From Camelus dromedarius (lineage: Eukaryota), in contig NC_087436.1 in NCBI RefSeq assembly GCF_036321535.1, forward strand, positions 106,146,001-106,210,000: a stretch of 64,000 bases of DNA, given 5' to 3'. Made by a program: the position numbers and the translations under genes. Position 1 is the stretch's first letter, and each line of letters starts with the position of its first letter. A model generated the notes under the pieces. That model worked only from the letters and a program-made list of their open reading frames with translations, ran no database searches and had not been told where the DNA came from. Shown piece by piece: positions 38,524 to 51,019 of the stretch.

Positions 38524-38889
38524 CGTGTTGGCGTGCTTGGGCTCCTGTAACAGGCTGGCTGGCTTAAAGCACAGAAATTTATTTTCTCACAGTTCGGGAG
38601 GTTAGAAGTCTGAGGTCATAGTGTCAGCAGGGTTCATTCTGAGGCCTTGCAGGTGATCTCTTCTCCCTTTGCCTTCTTCTTGTGGTCTTTCCTGTTTGGC
38701 TCTGCGTCAGATTCTCCTCTTCTTATAAGGACACCAGTCATATTGCATTAAGGCCCACCTATACGTCCTCATTTTACCTTAGTAGCCACTCTGTAGGCTT
38801 TATCTCCAAACTCCATCACATTCCGAGGTCCTGGGGGTGAGGACTTCAACAAATGCACTTTGGGGTGGGACACAGTGCAGCCTGCAACA
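38524..38889 (-). mobile_element. MaLR solo LTR (MLT1B-like)
   Basis: GGCTTAAAGCACAGAAATTTATTTTCTCACAGTTC...CTCTTCTTATAAGGACACCAGTCATATTG...TCTCCAAA...GAGGACTTCAAC...GGGACACA. Confidence 0.9.
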
Positions 38890-41800
38890 TGGCTCTGGTG
38901 TGTCGGATCTAATATTGCAATTTTTAGGTGAGAAAACAGGCTGGAAAAGGCTGTTAAACCTTACACCGAGAGGAGCAGAACCGAGTCTTGAGTCCTCCTC
39001 TGGTTCTATGCTCTGTGCCCTATTTTATCTCTCTGCATCTGCTGAAACAGACCTCCCTCCTAGAGACAGTCGCTCCGATGACTTTACAAGTGCAGCGTTT
39101 CCATAGCACCGTTCTTGTGGTTCTTCACCTCTGATTCTGACTTTACCAGGAGGGTTAGTAACTTGGAGTCTTGTTTTACCCTCAAACCATGAAATCCTAT
39201 GTCACCTGTCCACGTGTTTAGTAATGCACAGGAACTTGCAGTCTTCCCATGTGCTTCAACCAGAAATTCAAACACAGGGACATGGAATCTAGAATTTAAA
39301 AGATCATTCTTTGTGAAAATAGCAAATGGACTTGTTATTACCTTTGCATCACCTCTTCAGAGCCCGAGTTCACGGAATAAACACTCATCGACCCGATTGA
39401 CTCTACCCTTCATAATCTTGAATGAGTTCAATTAAGTGCCTGTACGGTGGCTCCATATGTTGGCTGGATGCAAGGTGCCAATATTTCGAGGTTGCTTTCT
39501 CATTAAAATGATCAGGGCATAAGCCTGGAAGATTCCAGTGTGTGCCCCACCTGGGACCTCCCCAAGGGAAACGTGCCTGCCAAGCAAACCAGAAATAGTG
39601 TCAGAGAGGAAGCACCCCGTCTGCTGGCTCCCCTCCTGGACTGAGTCATTAATGAGCACTTTTTACCCTTGGCAGGACCAGGTAAGTTGGAGAGGTGTAC
39701 CTCCTGTGGTGTTTAAATGCATTCCAGTGACTCCCATGATAGTGATGCATGAAGAATCAACATATTGACCCCCCCAGAGTATATATTAAATTCTGAAGGA
39801 TTAATCAAAACTGCACCATGTTGTGTGCAATTAAACCCTTGAAAGGCAAAATAAATTTGCTGGAGCAGGAGCAGCTCTCGTACCACTTCTAGCCAGAATG
39901 AGGCATTTTTCAGTTCTATTACTAACAGATGAGTTTTTGCTCGGGCGCATTTTTCAGGAGGTGGGATGGGCTAGATGGAGACATCTGCAAAACATTTTAC
40001 GGATGGGAGGAGAACAGGGAGTCAAGCTCTTCTAGTGTTACCCTTTGGAACAGGGTAAATACCGAGCAAAATCCTTCCATCAGAAGGAGCACTGGATTGT
40101 GTCATTTTTCTTATTAAAGGAGAAAATGCCAACCAGTTGTCTCGAGAATAATGGAGGGAGTAGAACCTCTGCTGTCTGCCAGGGCCCTCTGTGGTGATGG
40201 GCATGCCCTGCAAGGAGGGCCCTGGGGAAGAATTTCTCTACGCAGCCATGCTCCACATTCATGAACATGAAAATCTGGTGTGCATTTCCAATTCAGGTGA
40301 ACAGAGCCCTGGGGTGAACTCATTTCTACCGGCCACAACTATGCCTAAAGTCACCCACGACAGCTCCTTCGAGTGGCACCTCTGCCCTGCCGTTTAAGTG
40401 TTCTGGTGGTGCCAAGCTGCATGTTGTAGAGCCATTTTAGTTTACTGTATTTTTTTTAAAGAGTCAGAGCTTGTGGCAAAGAGCTGGGAAGCTGTATGTT
40501 CAGTTCACCCAGGAGTGAAAGAGGAAAAGTTGGGTGTTGGATTGCTCTGGAGTGACACAAGATAGCCAAGGAGTCAAAGAAACAGTACTTCTGAGCTAGC
40601 CTTGGGAGCTGAAGGAAAATCACAGAAATGTGAGGTCTACAGGAGGGAGTTAAGAAGATAAAAATCTTAATGAAGAAATGAATGAGACCAGAATTACATT
40701 TTTCTTTGTCCACTTTCGACAATAAATTTCCTGTGCCGGCCAGAGTGCCAAGGCTCAAGAGAGACTTACAGGATGGAGAGTGAGGCACATCGCTAATAGC
40801 ACAAATTTGTCTCCATATCTCTTGTTCAACGGGGGGAAAAATTAGTGAACCAAAATGCCCATAAATAATCCAAAATTGTATTCATTGCAAGGAAAAACAG
40901 TATGTAGAATGATGTGAAATCCTTGAAATATAAATTCAGAAGCCCTCACTGTGTTAAATTAGAAAAATTAGAACAGAATTAGAAAAATAAGGATAATGTG
41001 TTTAATTTATACAAAGTACATTTGTTTGTGGTTTTTTTCTCCCCTAAAGTTCAGAAATAAATTTTATTGGGAGATGCATTGAAAACTCTCATGACATCTG
41101 GAATATGGAGATCTAATTGCTGATTCAATGGCATTGCGAACACACGAACGTATTTCCTTGGTGAAATGTCAAAAAGGCAGCAATCAAAATGAAGCGTTTG
41201 AGCATTAAAATGAAGAAATGATGACTGGGTTGATTTGTAAACATTTATCTCTAAGCTTACTTTATGAAAAAGAAGGAGTAAGTTTAGGAACATGATGGCA
41301 AATTTGCACATTCTAAGTCCTCAGGATCGTGAGTGTGTAGAAGTCTCCCGGTGTGTGGTGGGTTCAATCAGAATTTGTATTTGCCCCAATTCTGGTAACC
41401 GCACCTGACTTTTTATGTGGGGTTTACTGCAGTCTAATGAAGAGCAAGAGGTTGCCAGGGGATTAGGGAAGAAAGAGGTTTACTTTTCACCTCCAGTTTA
41501 GTTATTTTAAGATGGAAGATTTCTTTATCGTTGAAATAATCACTTCTGAATGTGTTTTGGAGTTATCGACTTATCCTGGGATGTTGGTAGGTGACAGTGT
41601 TTACTTTCACTTGTGTTATTGCATAAGCTTCCTTGGGAGTCTCTGGTTGGGAACTGGAATCATCAAACTTCGGTCTGACTGTGCATCCCCGACCACCTCT
41701 TAGAGCTCGTTGTTCTGAGGACCAGCGTTTGTTTACTCCAGTTGTATTCTGAAGAGACAGATCATGATTTAAGGCTATAACTCAAGACAAAAAAATGGGT

Positions 41801-43252
41801 TAAGCCACCTCCCAGAGAAGGCAAGTCAGCTTGATGCTGAAATTAATGTTCCTTTGTGCTTGCTTTATACCATCTCTACTTTTTAGAGGAGTCATCCAGA
41901 ATGAAGTTTCCAATGAAAGGGGGAGAATGGTTAAATTGATCAAATCCCCCATGTATGGAGGGACTCACAATGATCTTGGCCACTAAATGAATAATCTCTC
42001 CCAAATGAACATGTTTTCAGGTCCCCAAGTTATGCCAATCATCTACAATGAAACCCCTCTTCAACGAAGACCTAATAAAGAAATAAAATCCGCTTGAGGA
42101 GTGAAGTTGCCTTCCCCAGAGGCAATGCATTTGTAAGGTCTCCACTGTATTGTGCTTGCAAATAACATTTATTTCTGTAGTGTAAATATGCAAGAGTTCA
42201 TTTTAATAAAAAGTAAGTCCTAAAATAAGATAAAACCCATGACTAGACTTGCATTTGAAGATTTAGAGTATATTCATCTGCTGGTTTTCGGTATAAATAT
42301 TCATTGGTTTTGAGCTCTCAGGTGTTGGAACTTTTAATCTGCATTCAGATGGAGGTACTTTAATCAGAGAGTTCATAAAAGTCTGCAACTCCCCCCTACC
42401 CCAACTCAAGGAAAAAAAGAACAGAGTAACAGACAGAATAGAGGGTGGGTCAAAATAACCCACTAAGCTGAACCGCATTGCTAAAAGGATGGGGGGTGGG
42501 GGATAAACACCAAATGCCATTTAGTACCATAATATCAATATTCTATTAAAAATAAATCTCTTGCTGTTAGACCGAAAAGTCTCAAAAACCTGTCACTTGA
42601 CTGCAGTCTTCAGAGATGACTGATAATGGGGAAAAATTCCCATAGCATCTGTTTACCATGTACTCACACAAACTGTTAGGAGCGTTTTTAAATGTCAGCA
42701 GTAATGTATGCGTGTGTATTAGCTATCACAGAGCAGTGTCACCACCAAGATGGCACCAGGGATAGTTCTAAATTAGGTAGGTCAAGTGAAGAAAGTACCA
42801 GAGGAACCCTTTGAAAGGCTGTTGTTTGTCTGGGTTAAAAAAAAAAAAATCTGAATTGCAAATGTTGATATGTGAATACCTGGGAAACCCCCTCCACCCG
42901 ATTTGGAATCAAGCTTTAAATCAAGGAACGTTTATCAAGACCTCAAGGCTGAGGTCAGTTTTGGGAGGGCAGAGGTGGAGGCAAAACATTTTGCATTAGA
43001 TGTGTTTTGCATTAGCAGGCTCTCAGATTTCTTTTGGTAACCTAAGCACATATCAAGAGAAGAAAGTCGTTGAGGTACAATCGCTGACTAAACAATGTAA
43101 TGGTGACAGCGTTGTTAGCAGCCGCTGTATTACTTGAGAATTCTGTGCTGTTTAACTACTTAGAGGGAAAACACTGCATTTTGTCCCAGCAAAGTCACAG
43201 GGACTCCAAGCAGTCTTCAAAATGAGCTTGACAGCAGTTTTCACTTTCTTCC

Positions 43253-43273
43253 AAAAAAAAAAAAAAAAAAAAA
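43253..43273. repeat. Poly(A) run (A21)
   Basis: Read directly; no attached retroelement body recognised. Confidence 0.9.
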
Positions 43274-43349
43274 GAGGTTTGGTAATTGATTTTGATACTG
43301 GATTTGTTTTTTTCTGGTATAGTAAAGCCCCATGGAGGTAAAAGAGCTT

Positions 43350-43550
43350 ATTGATGACTGGAGCTTGTAGGAGTCAGGAAGAATTGAAAATGAATTTTGG
43401 TTCCACAAGGGTTCAACGTTGGACAAGCTTAATGATTAGTGTCTCTGCCTTGGTTTCTTCTTTTTCAAAATGAGGATGATACTAACACTACCCTTGTCGG
43501 GTTGTTGGATGGATTCAATAAGATAATGTACGTGAAATGCCTTTCTCAGC
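43350..43550 (+). mobile_element. MIR SINE
   Basis: GGAGTCAG...TCTCTGCCTTGGTTTCTTC...AAAATGAGGATGATA...GGGTTGTTGGATGGATTCAATAAGATAATG. Confidence 0.7.
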
Positions 43551-44979
43551 ACAGTGAATTCAGATTCAGAGGAAGGCCAGTGTGAATTAGTGAAAAGCCT
43601 AAACTATGCTGTGTTTTAACATACACGTGTGTTTGTTATTTTCAGGTGTGTATAAGAATTATGCTGTGCTGTCTAGAGAGTTCCACCTTAATGATTTGGT
43701 GGCATGATTCAGAATTTACCTATCAGGGCTTCTGGCCTCTGCTTGTATTGTGAGAGGAGTGTGTGTATACAGAGTGGTTCCTTCTCAAGTGCTTAGAAGA
43801 GTGGGCTTCCTTTCTGATCTTGTTTTCAACATTAATTGGCTTTTAAAACTCCTTTTTAAACAATGGAACCACGGTCACTTTTAGAATACCTCACATTCTG
43901 GTTATCATTTTAAATGGTGGTATTTTAATGAATGTGGTTTTATTTTGTTTGGCTAATCATTTAAATTGCAAAAGAGAAAACATATAGAATCAAAGTAAGT
44001 GGTTTCTTTTCCATTTGTCCAATCTAATTAGTAGGGGAAACATTCAGGAGGATGCTTAACATTCCCTTTTTTTGCGGCCAGTATAAAATTTCCCTCCCAT
44101 ACCACGTGTGCTGTTGCAGTATAGTAACTGACATTACAGCCCTGACTCCCCAGCTGGCACTTGATCTCTCCCCGGGCAGGGACTCTGCCTTACTTATTGG
44201 TATGGTATATACTCTCAGAACAATGCTTGGCACTTCGTAGACACTCATTTATCTTTTGTTGACTGATTATAGTTGTAATAATAGGGTGGAAACAGAATTA
44301 GTGAAGCCAATTCTTAATGCTTTTAGTGCAACCAGCAACCAGCAGATTATGTTTTGGGTGCTAGATAGAACCTTGGCGCTCAGATTAAAACCATTTTCAA
44401 CACTTCTTCAGACTACAAGTGTTTTCTCTGCTCATGCAACATACATTTCTCCACAGAGCTCTGTGTGCCTGACACCACGCTGGCTACTAAAGATAGACAT
44501 GGCTCCTGGGTGCAGTCAAGGGAGGTGGAGTATCAGTAAAGAAGTGCGGTAAAGTGGGAGAGGGGTTGAGGCAGCAGGGTGGTAAGGGGCCCGAGATGAG
44601 CAGGTGGTCAGTCCTATCTGAAAGACACGAAGCATTTCTTGCAGAAGTGGTTGGGGAAATTCCAGCAGATTTGCTGGGGAGAGAGAGCTGCGGGGAGAGC
44701 GGTCTAGTCTGAGGGGAGAAAGTGCAGCCCCCAGGGCTCAGCAGGCTGGCTCTGGGCTTAGGGATAGGGTGGGACGAGAGGTGAGCCAGCACAAAGGAGG
44801 CTGGACCATCTCTTGTAGGTGGTGAGTGGCTGCTGAAGAGTCTTGAGTAGCTTGTGGCATTAGTTGACTTTCATTTACAGAAGCATCAAAGGTTAGGGCT
44901 AGGAGTGGATTTAGAATAAATATTTAAAATATTTACAAATGAGGAAATTCAGGCCTGGAAATTTGGAGGTGATGGTACA

Positions 44980-45450
44980 TGGTAGGACGGTGGGGGAGAT
45001 TTCTAGCTGGTGGGGTTTGTGGTCAAAGTTGGGTCTGGCCATCTTACTCATTGCATTTTATCAAACAAGTCACTTAGTTTCTTTGAACCTCAGTTCTTCC
45101 ATCTTTAACCTGGAGATAGTAATTTTGCCTGCCATGCAGGTGGGGAGGCAGGTATTGTTGTGGGGCGCAGATGAGTCAATGTATATGAAAGCCTTTGAGA
45201 GCACAGTGTGTTGGAGAAATATGAATGCTATTTGTTAAAAGCATGGTCAGGTTGCCTGAGTTTGAACTTTGGCCCCTCCACTTTCTAACTGGGCAATGCT
45301 GAGCAAGCAGCTTAACCTCTCTGTTCTCAGTTATACATGGGGATAATAATAGTACCTACCTCATTGGCTGTTCTGGGCATTCATTAATAATACATGTAAA
45401 ACACAGTCCTCTGCACATGGTAAGCCTTAATAAATGCTACGCAGGATTAA
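44980..45450 (+). mobile_element. Two tandem MIR SINEs (about 44980-45235 and 45245-45450)
   Basis: Two cores: CAAGTCACTTAGTTTCTTTGAACCTCAGTTCTTCCATCT and GCAAGCAGCTTAACCTCTCTGTTCTCAG...GGGGATAATAATAGTACCTACCTCAT. Confidence 0.8.
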
Positions 45451-46274
45451 TTTGTTATTTTGACTATTATTAGTCTATTATTCTTTCTAAGATACCCTGC
45501 TGTTTTTCTGTGATCCTCCCTAAGATAGGTTTCAGGCCACAGAGATCTTGGAATTGATCAGATGTGTGTTTTAGACATTACAGTGATGAGCTGTTTGCTA
45601 ACTGATGAATGTAGACTTTGGCTGTCCAGTCCTAACCCCGCGGGACATTGTGGGGTAGCTATACATCTCCACCAAATAGTTCCTGGAGGCTTTGGTTCTA
45701 ACTAGAGGGTTATCTGAAGCTACCCTCATCACCTAGGCGCTTTTGGGTCTCAGTGGTTAAATGAAGAATTGAAACATGGAAGATTAAATCGTTCACCTAC
45801 CATCCCCATTAGCATGACTATTTATTAGATGCAATCTTGTCATTTCTGTTTATGCTTCCAGTGATAAGAACACCTCCATGAGTTCATTTTAACCCAGTAC
45901 AAAATAGAGAAGTCCTTCAAATGTGGAGTCGCCTTGAAAATGGTTGCCGCTTACACGATATGTATTTGTCATTCCACGTACTGTGACTCCTCACTGAAGA
46001 ATTCTGCTCTTCCTGGTGAAGTGCTCTGGGCTGTCCACCTTCTTAGAGGGTCCAGGGTGTGGGTTGCTTTCTGCAGTCATCTGCTTCATCAGTTGTTAAA
46101 GGAGACACTACTCTATTTTATCCCAAACTTCAGATCCTTCTCTTATAATGAGTGAGTAGAGTCCTGTGGGGGGCAGAGGGAAATCATCTAGGCCCTCATC
46201 TCACCAGGCTGAGGTGGTTTCAAGAGATCAGGGAGAGAACTGTTTTTGTTTTTCTAGTTGCTATAAATCTAACA

Positions 46275-46440
46275 TAATCCTGTAATAAACTATAATGGAA
46301 AAGAGTATGAAGAAGAATGTTTGTATGTATAGCTGAATTACTTTGCTGTACACGAGAAACTAACACCACATTGTAAATCAACTGAACTTTAATAAAACAT
46401 TAAAAAATATAAAATAATAAAAAAATTGAAAATAAAAATA
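46275..46440 (+). mobile_element. L1 extreme 3' end (cetartiodactyl-type) with A-rich tail
   Basis: CTGTAATAAACTATAATGGAAAAGAGTATG...TGAATTACTTTGCTGTACACGAGAAACTAACACCACATTGTAAATCAACT...AATAAA plus an A-rich tail. Confidence 0.9.
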
Positions 46441-46667
46441 GAAATCAACCGTAACTCCACACCTACACGCCTACACACATACTGGTTTTGGTTTTGCTTA
46501 TTTCCTTTCTACCATTATCCACACACATGCACACACACACAAACATTCATACAGTGTGATAGGCTTGGACGTTGATTTTGGCTCTGACAGCTGAGATCAC
46601 CTTTAGTTCCTTCTGTTGCTGTCATTCAGCTTCTCAGGATTTAATCCACAATTCACTTTTTCAACCA

Positions 46668-46718
<51 letters not shown>
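46668..46718. repeat. (AAT)17 microsatellite
   Basis: Perfect 51-bp run. Confidence 0.97.
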
Positions 46719-46720
<2 letters not shown>

Positions 46721-46721
46721 T

Positions 46722-46930
46722 AATAAGTCACTTATTTAGTGCTTAGTACTTTTGAGGCACTGTTCCAAGGGCTTTATACATATATCGATTCATTTAATTT
46801 TCACAACACCCAGATGAGATACGTCCGATTATTGTCATCTCCATTATAAAGAAGAAAACCTGAGTTGCTGTGAAGCTAAGAAATTGGCCTAGAGCTGGTG
46901 AGTGGTACAGCCAGGATTTGGATGAGGTTC
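46722..46930 (-). mobile_element. MIR SINE
   Basis: CACTTATTTAGTGCTTA...AGGCACTGTTCCAAG...TCATTTAATTTTCACAACACCC...CTCCATTATAAAGAAGAAAACCTGAG. Confidence 0.85.
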
Positions 46931-48899
46931 TCAAGCAGCACCATAGCTGGCCAGGTGTGGGGATCTGAGCATCGTCATAGAAGACAGTGGCCTGGACTCT
47001 CTCTATCACCTGCCCCTCCTTTCTACAGATCTGTATGGAGGATTCTGTGAGATGCTGTCCCATTTCCATGAGATGGGACCCATAATGATTTGGGTGAGAA
47101 AAAGTTCAGAAACAGTATTTAGAAATTGTGTTTAGTATAAACATTAGTTACAGAGCATGGGGAAAAAACCTTGGAAACTAGTCTTCGTCTGATTTTATTT
47201 GGGGGGAACTCATTTGGTCCTTCATGGCATCTTATCAGTCCTTTGTGGCTGAGTTTTTATGTATTTCCTTTATTTATTTTGTCTACAATGGCACCCTTAC
47301 TGGTGTACTGAGGTACTAGTTGCTTTGCTGGAACTCCCTCTACACATACCAATGTATGTGCGGCACAATTAGTTCTCCTGGTTATGGGAACTCTCTCCTG
47401 AGAGAAATGGAAAGTTGTCATAGAACTCAAGTTTTTATGAAGTTGAATCTTCATTTTCATCTGTATATATTATATGATGTTATATGCATAGCTATATACA
47501 TGCACTGTGTGTATGTATATATGTAATATTATATATATATATATTTAAATATGTCTCATATGATTCTTGAAAATTATTGTATTGAAATTTTAATTGCCAA
47601 AGAATGGTTCACCCCTAACTCCATCCTTTTCCTTACCTGGTAAAAATGCTTCTAAATAAAAGACTTTGATGTGGTAGAAAATCTTCAAATTTGGAAGAAC
47701 ACTTTGGGGCCTTGTTTTTTGTTTTTGTTTTTGTTTTTTTTAAACAGGAAAGGTCCCTGATTCCTCACCCCCACCTCAATTTTTATTAGTTGAATTTTCT
47801 AAGTGTAGGGCACACTCAAAACTTTTCTAGTACTCCGGCCATGACAGCTCGTGGTGGAGGACACTGTGGTTAGGAAGTTTCTCAAGGCTAATCATATTTC
47901 AGAGGGGGAAAAATAAAAACAAAAAACCAAGTAGATTGATAAAAGGGCATGGTGTTCTTGAGGCAGGCAAAGTCTCTGGCATGGCTCATCCCCTTTTTTA
48001 ATTATCCAGCTCATTTAGTCCGCTGTGACCCAGGACTTCGGGAGGTCACCCGCAGTGTGAGGGAAGGCATGGCTGCTACTGACCCACCGTTGGTTCCGGC
48101 AGGGAAAGTGGCCAGTCAGGCTGACTCGTCCTTCTCCAAATGGAACCTGGAGAGAGGGGCTCGGGTGATATGTGGTGTCGAGAAGTCCTCTTGATGCCCT
48201 CAGATTTCTTGAACGTCATCATAAAAGTGTAATTGTATCCGAGGAATTGGCTGGTCAGCCAGCTTTTGTGACGGCTCATTCACTTGAGCCGAGAGAGCTC
48301 CAGGATTGAAAGCGACAGGTAATGTGCCTGGAGCGCAGCCCTTGGGAAGTCATAATGAACATCAACACCGTTGTCAGCCGCCTGCGTGCCCCCTTACCTT
48401 TTTCCCGCTTCTGCAGATGACTTGATCTACATGGGGTAACCTTTGGGGCTTCCTGCCATCGTGACTGGGCAGCCTCTAGACACCATCTTTGGGCAGGGGA
48501 GAAAACCCAGGAAAACTGACTCAGTTCTGGCCCCAGCCTCTCTGAGATGCACTTGTCCTAGGATGACTAAGGAAAGTACTCATCTCATCCAGCTACTGGG
48601 CTTCTACTCAGTCCTCTTGAAGTTACACATCCCAGTTAAGCCAGTCACCATCTCTTGGCCCCTTTAAAGTATGTTTCATCCAAGGACCTAGAGAAATGTT
48701 TCTGTCCCTCGTGTAACTTCAGACTGCAAAGGGCATTACTGATTAGTTAACTTAGAAGACCTTTTGGGTCAATTTATCCATGTTAAAAATGATTGTGTCT
48801 GTGTGCGTTGAGAAGCCAAGCCCAGTCAATGATTTAAATTACTGTGTCAACATTTACCAAAGAAGTTAGTCATTGTCAAATGATGCACTGTTGGCCTCT

Positions 48900-49070
48900 A
48901 AACTGTGTTGGAGCGCCAGTGAAATCTGGGTTGGAGTCTGATTCTGCCACTTACAATGGGCAGTCGCTACACTGGGCACGTCACTTCATCTCTGATATTT
49001 GACTTTCTTTTCCTTATCTGTGAAAAGGGGATAATGATGGTTCCCTCATAAGATCATAGTGAAGATTAAG
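48900..49070 (+). mobile_element. MIR SINE
   Basis: TCTGGGTTGGAGTCTGATTCTGCCACTTAC...GGGCACGTCACTT...TCCTTATCTGTGAAAAGGGGATAATG. Confidence 0.8.
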
Positions 49071-51019
49071 GAGCAACCTTCATTTCACAGCCAAGGGCTT
49101 AAAAAGATTACACTTCTGAGCTTACCCCTTCTTGGTTTGGTTTCAGTCTCCTAGAGGCCAGGAAAGCTATTCACTGATTTGTTCAAGGAGCCCTGTGCCA
49201 CCCCTTGAGGGAGGTGGGCAGGTCAGATACAGGAGACACAACCCTTCACCTCACCTCAAGAAACCAAGGAGCCAGTTGCCCGACTGTAGAAATAAGTCAC
49301 ATTGAATAAATGTGGGGACTGAGGTCTTCCTCTCTCAATTCTTCTTACAGAAACTTCTAATATTCTATGAAACTTTTTGGCAGCTTTGCGGGTTTGATGC
49401 CATGATTTGTCCATTGCTGATCTCTCCTATAGAGATAATTACAAATGAAGCATTTTAGGGAGTAAGGAAGGAGAAAGAAGGAGGGCAGGAATGGAATTTT
49501 CCATGAAGCCTAATAGCATCCCCAGAGTAGACCAGTCGCTGGACTTACAGAACTGCTTCTATGAGAAGAGAGGGTGGCCAGCCTTCTGTTATCTTCCGAA
49601 CTAATGGCAGATGCTCTGGGGTGTTGCGGGGGCTCCTCTGGAAGACGGGGAGCCCAGAGCTCTGTATGATATAATCAGAAAGGCAGTGAATATTCTCTTG
49701 GAGACCACCATAGGAAAGGGGATGGGGAGGAAGCCTTTCTGCATGCTCGCCGTCTGTAACAAGAAAATGAATTTATAGGCATTTTGTTGGCACTCTCATG
49801 GAGGGAGGGCCTGGCAAGTTTCTCGAGAGCCCAGAATGATAATGATAAGTGGGAGTTAATTATATGATCCCCATCATAATTAACTTAAGATGTGTAAAAT
49901 ACCATTGTTAGGCTCTCTATAGCAGGAGATCATTATTCTGTATGCAGTTTGTGTCGGTCATAAAACATATTTTGAGACCTTTCCAGAGTGCTGCCTGAAC
50001 CTCGGGCTGTCTCACCCAATATTTTCTATGGAGCCTTACATTCCTAACTGTGAATTTTAGGAGTTTGTTCTGGACTCACTCTCATCCCATGTCTTCTTTC
50101 ATTCAAGGAGAGAGTGGAAAGTATTTGCTCTGAGAAATTGCAAGACCCAGGGAGGTTTTCTGAAATTCTTGCGCTTTCCTGTGTTTACCATAAATCTGAG
50201 ACAGTGATACGATCAGCAAGCTTATTTATATCTGAGTACAAAACACGAATACAATTTAAACCGAGCAGCCTCCTTTTCTAGCATCTCCCATTATAGGCTG
50301 AATATGACTCTTACAACCTCTGTGGACAGTCTGTCCCACTATCAGATATTGATTAGTAATTTAGTTTGCAGTAAATTGTTGTCTGTACTAGCATTTGCAT
50401 CTCCTTCCTAAAAAAAAAAAAAAACGTGTTTCTACCTTCAGCTCCCTCTCCAATGTCATTTAAAGACAGTATCTGGCAAGCTACTGAGGGTGCCCCCTCC
50501 GTGGCTTTCTAGAGAACAAGTCACTTCCGGTGAAGATGTGTAATTTGGGGTTTCAATGCTGCTTTGAAGTGACACCTAGATTGTAGGTCATGCCATAGAC
50601 TGTCAATGTGAGGTGTTTGTTGGCATCAATAGGATGACTCTTCAGGAAGTGATCACTTTAAAAAATGTATGATGAGTACCACTGAATTAAGACAGATGGG
50701 CTGATTTGTGTTCTTCCTAAAATAACTGGCAAGTAGGTGTTAATCTCATTTTACAACAGGACAAAATTGCTTTTAGAATGATTCATTTGTGATCCCAGCT
50801 AAGCTGTACTATTAATTTACTTTACTTCTGACTGGTGTATTTGCCTCAGTATTTATTGTGTTTCTCCATCAGTATTGTCAAACTGTGGTGCTGCTATGAC
50901 ACCTCGACATTTGCATTTAGATTATGGGGCTGTGGGTTAGCATTGTAAGATAGTCTGTCCAGCTGCGATGCGGTTCTTGAGGGTGTACTCAGAGCCATTT
51001 CTGACATCTTTCCTTGGGT

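Noticed and set aside
35640..39650. Scattered AP-1 heptamers (TGAGTCA/TGACTCA)
   Set aside because: Several 7-mer hits are expected by chance in 64 kb.
42730..42760. CTCF site (CACCAAGATGGCAC)
   Set aside because: The 3' half fits but the 5' half mismatches the consensus; it cannot be separated from chance or a partial YY1 core without a PWM scan.
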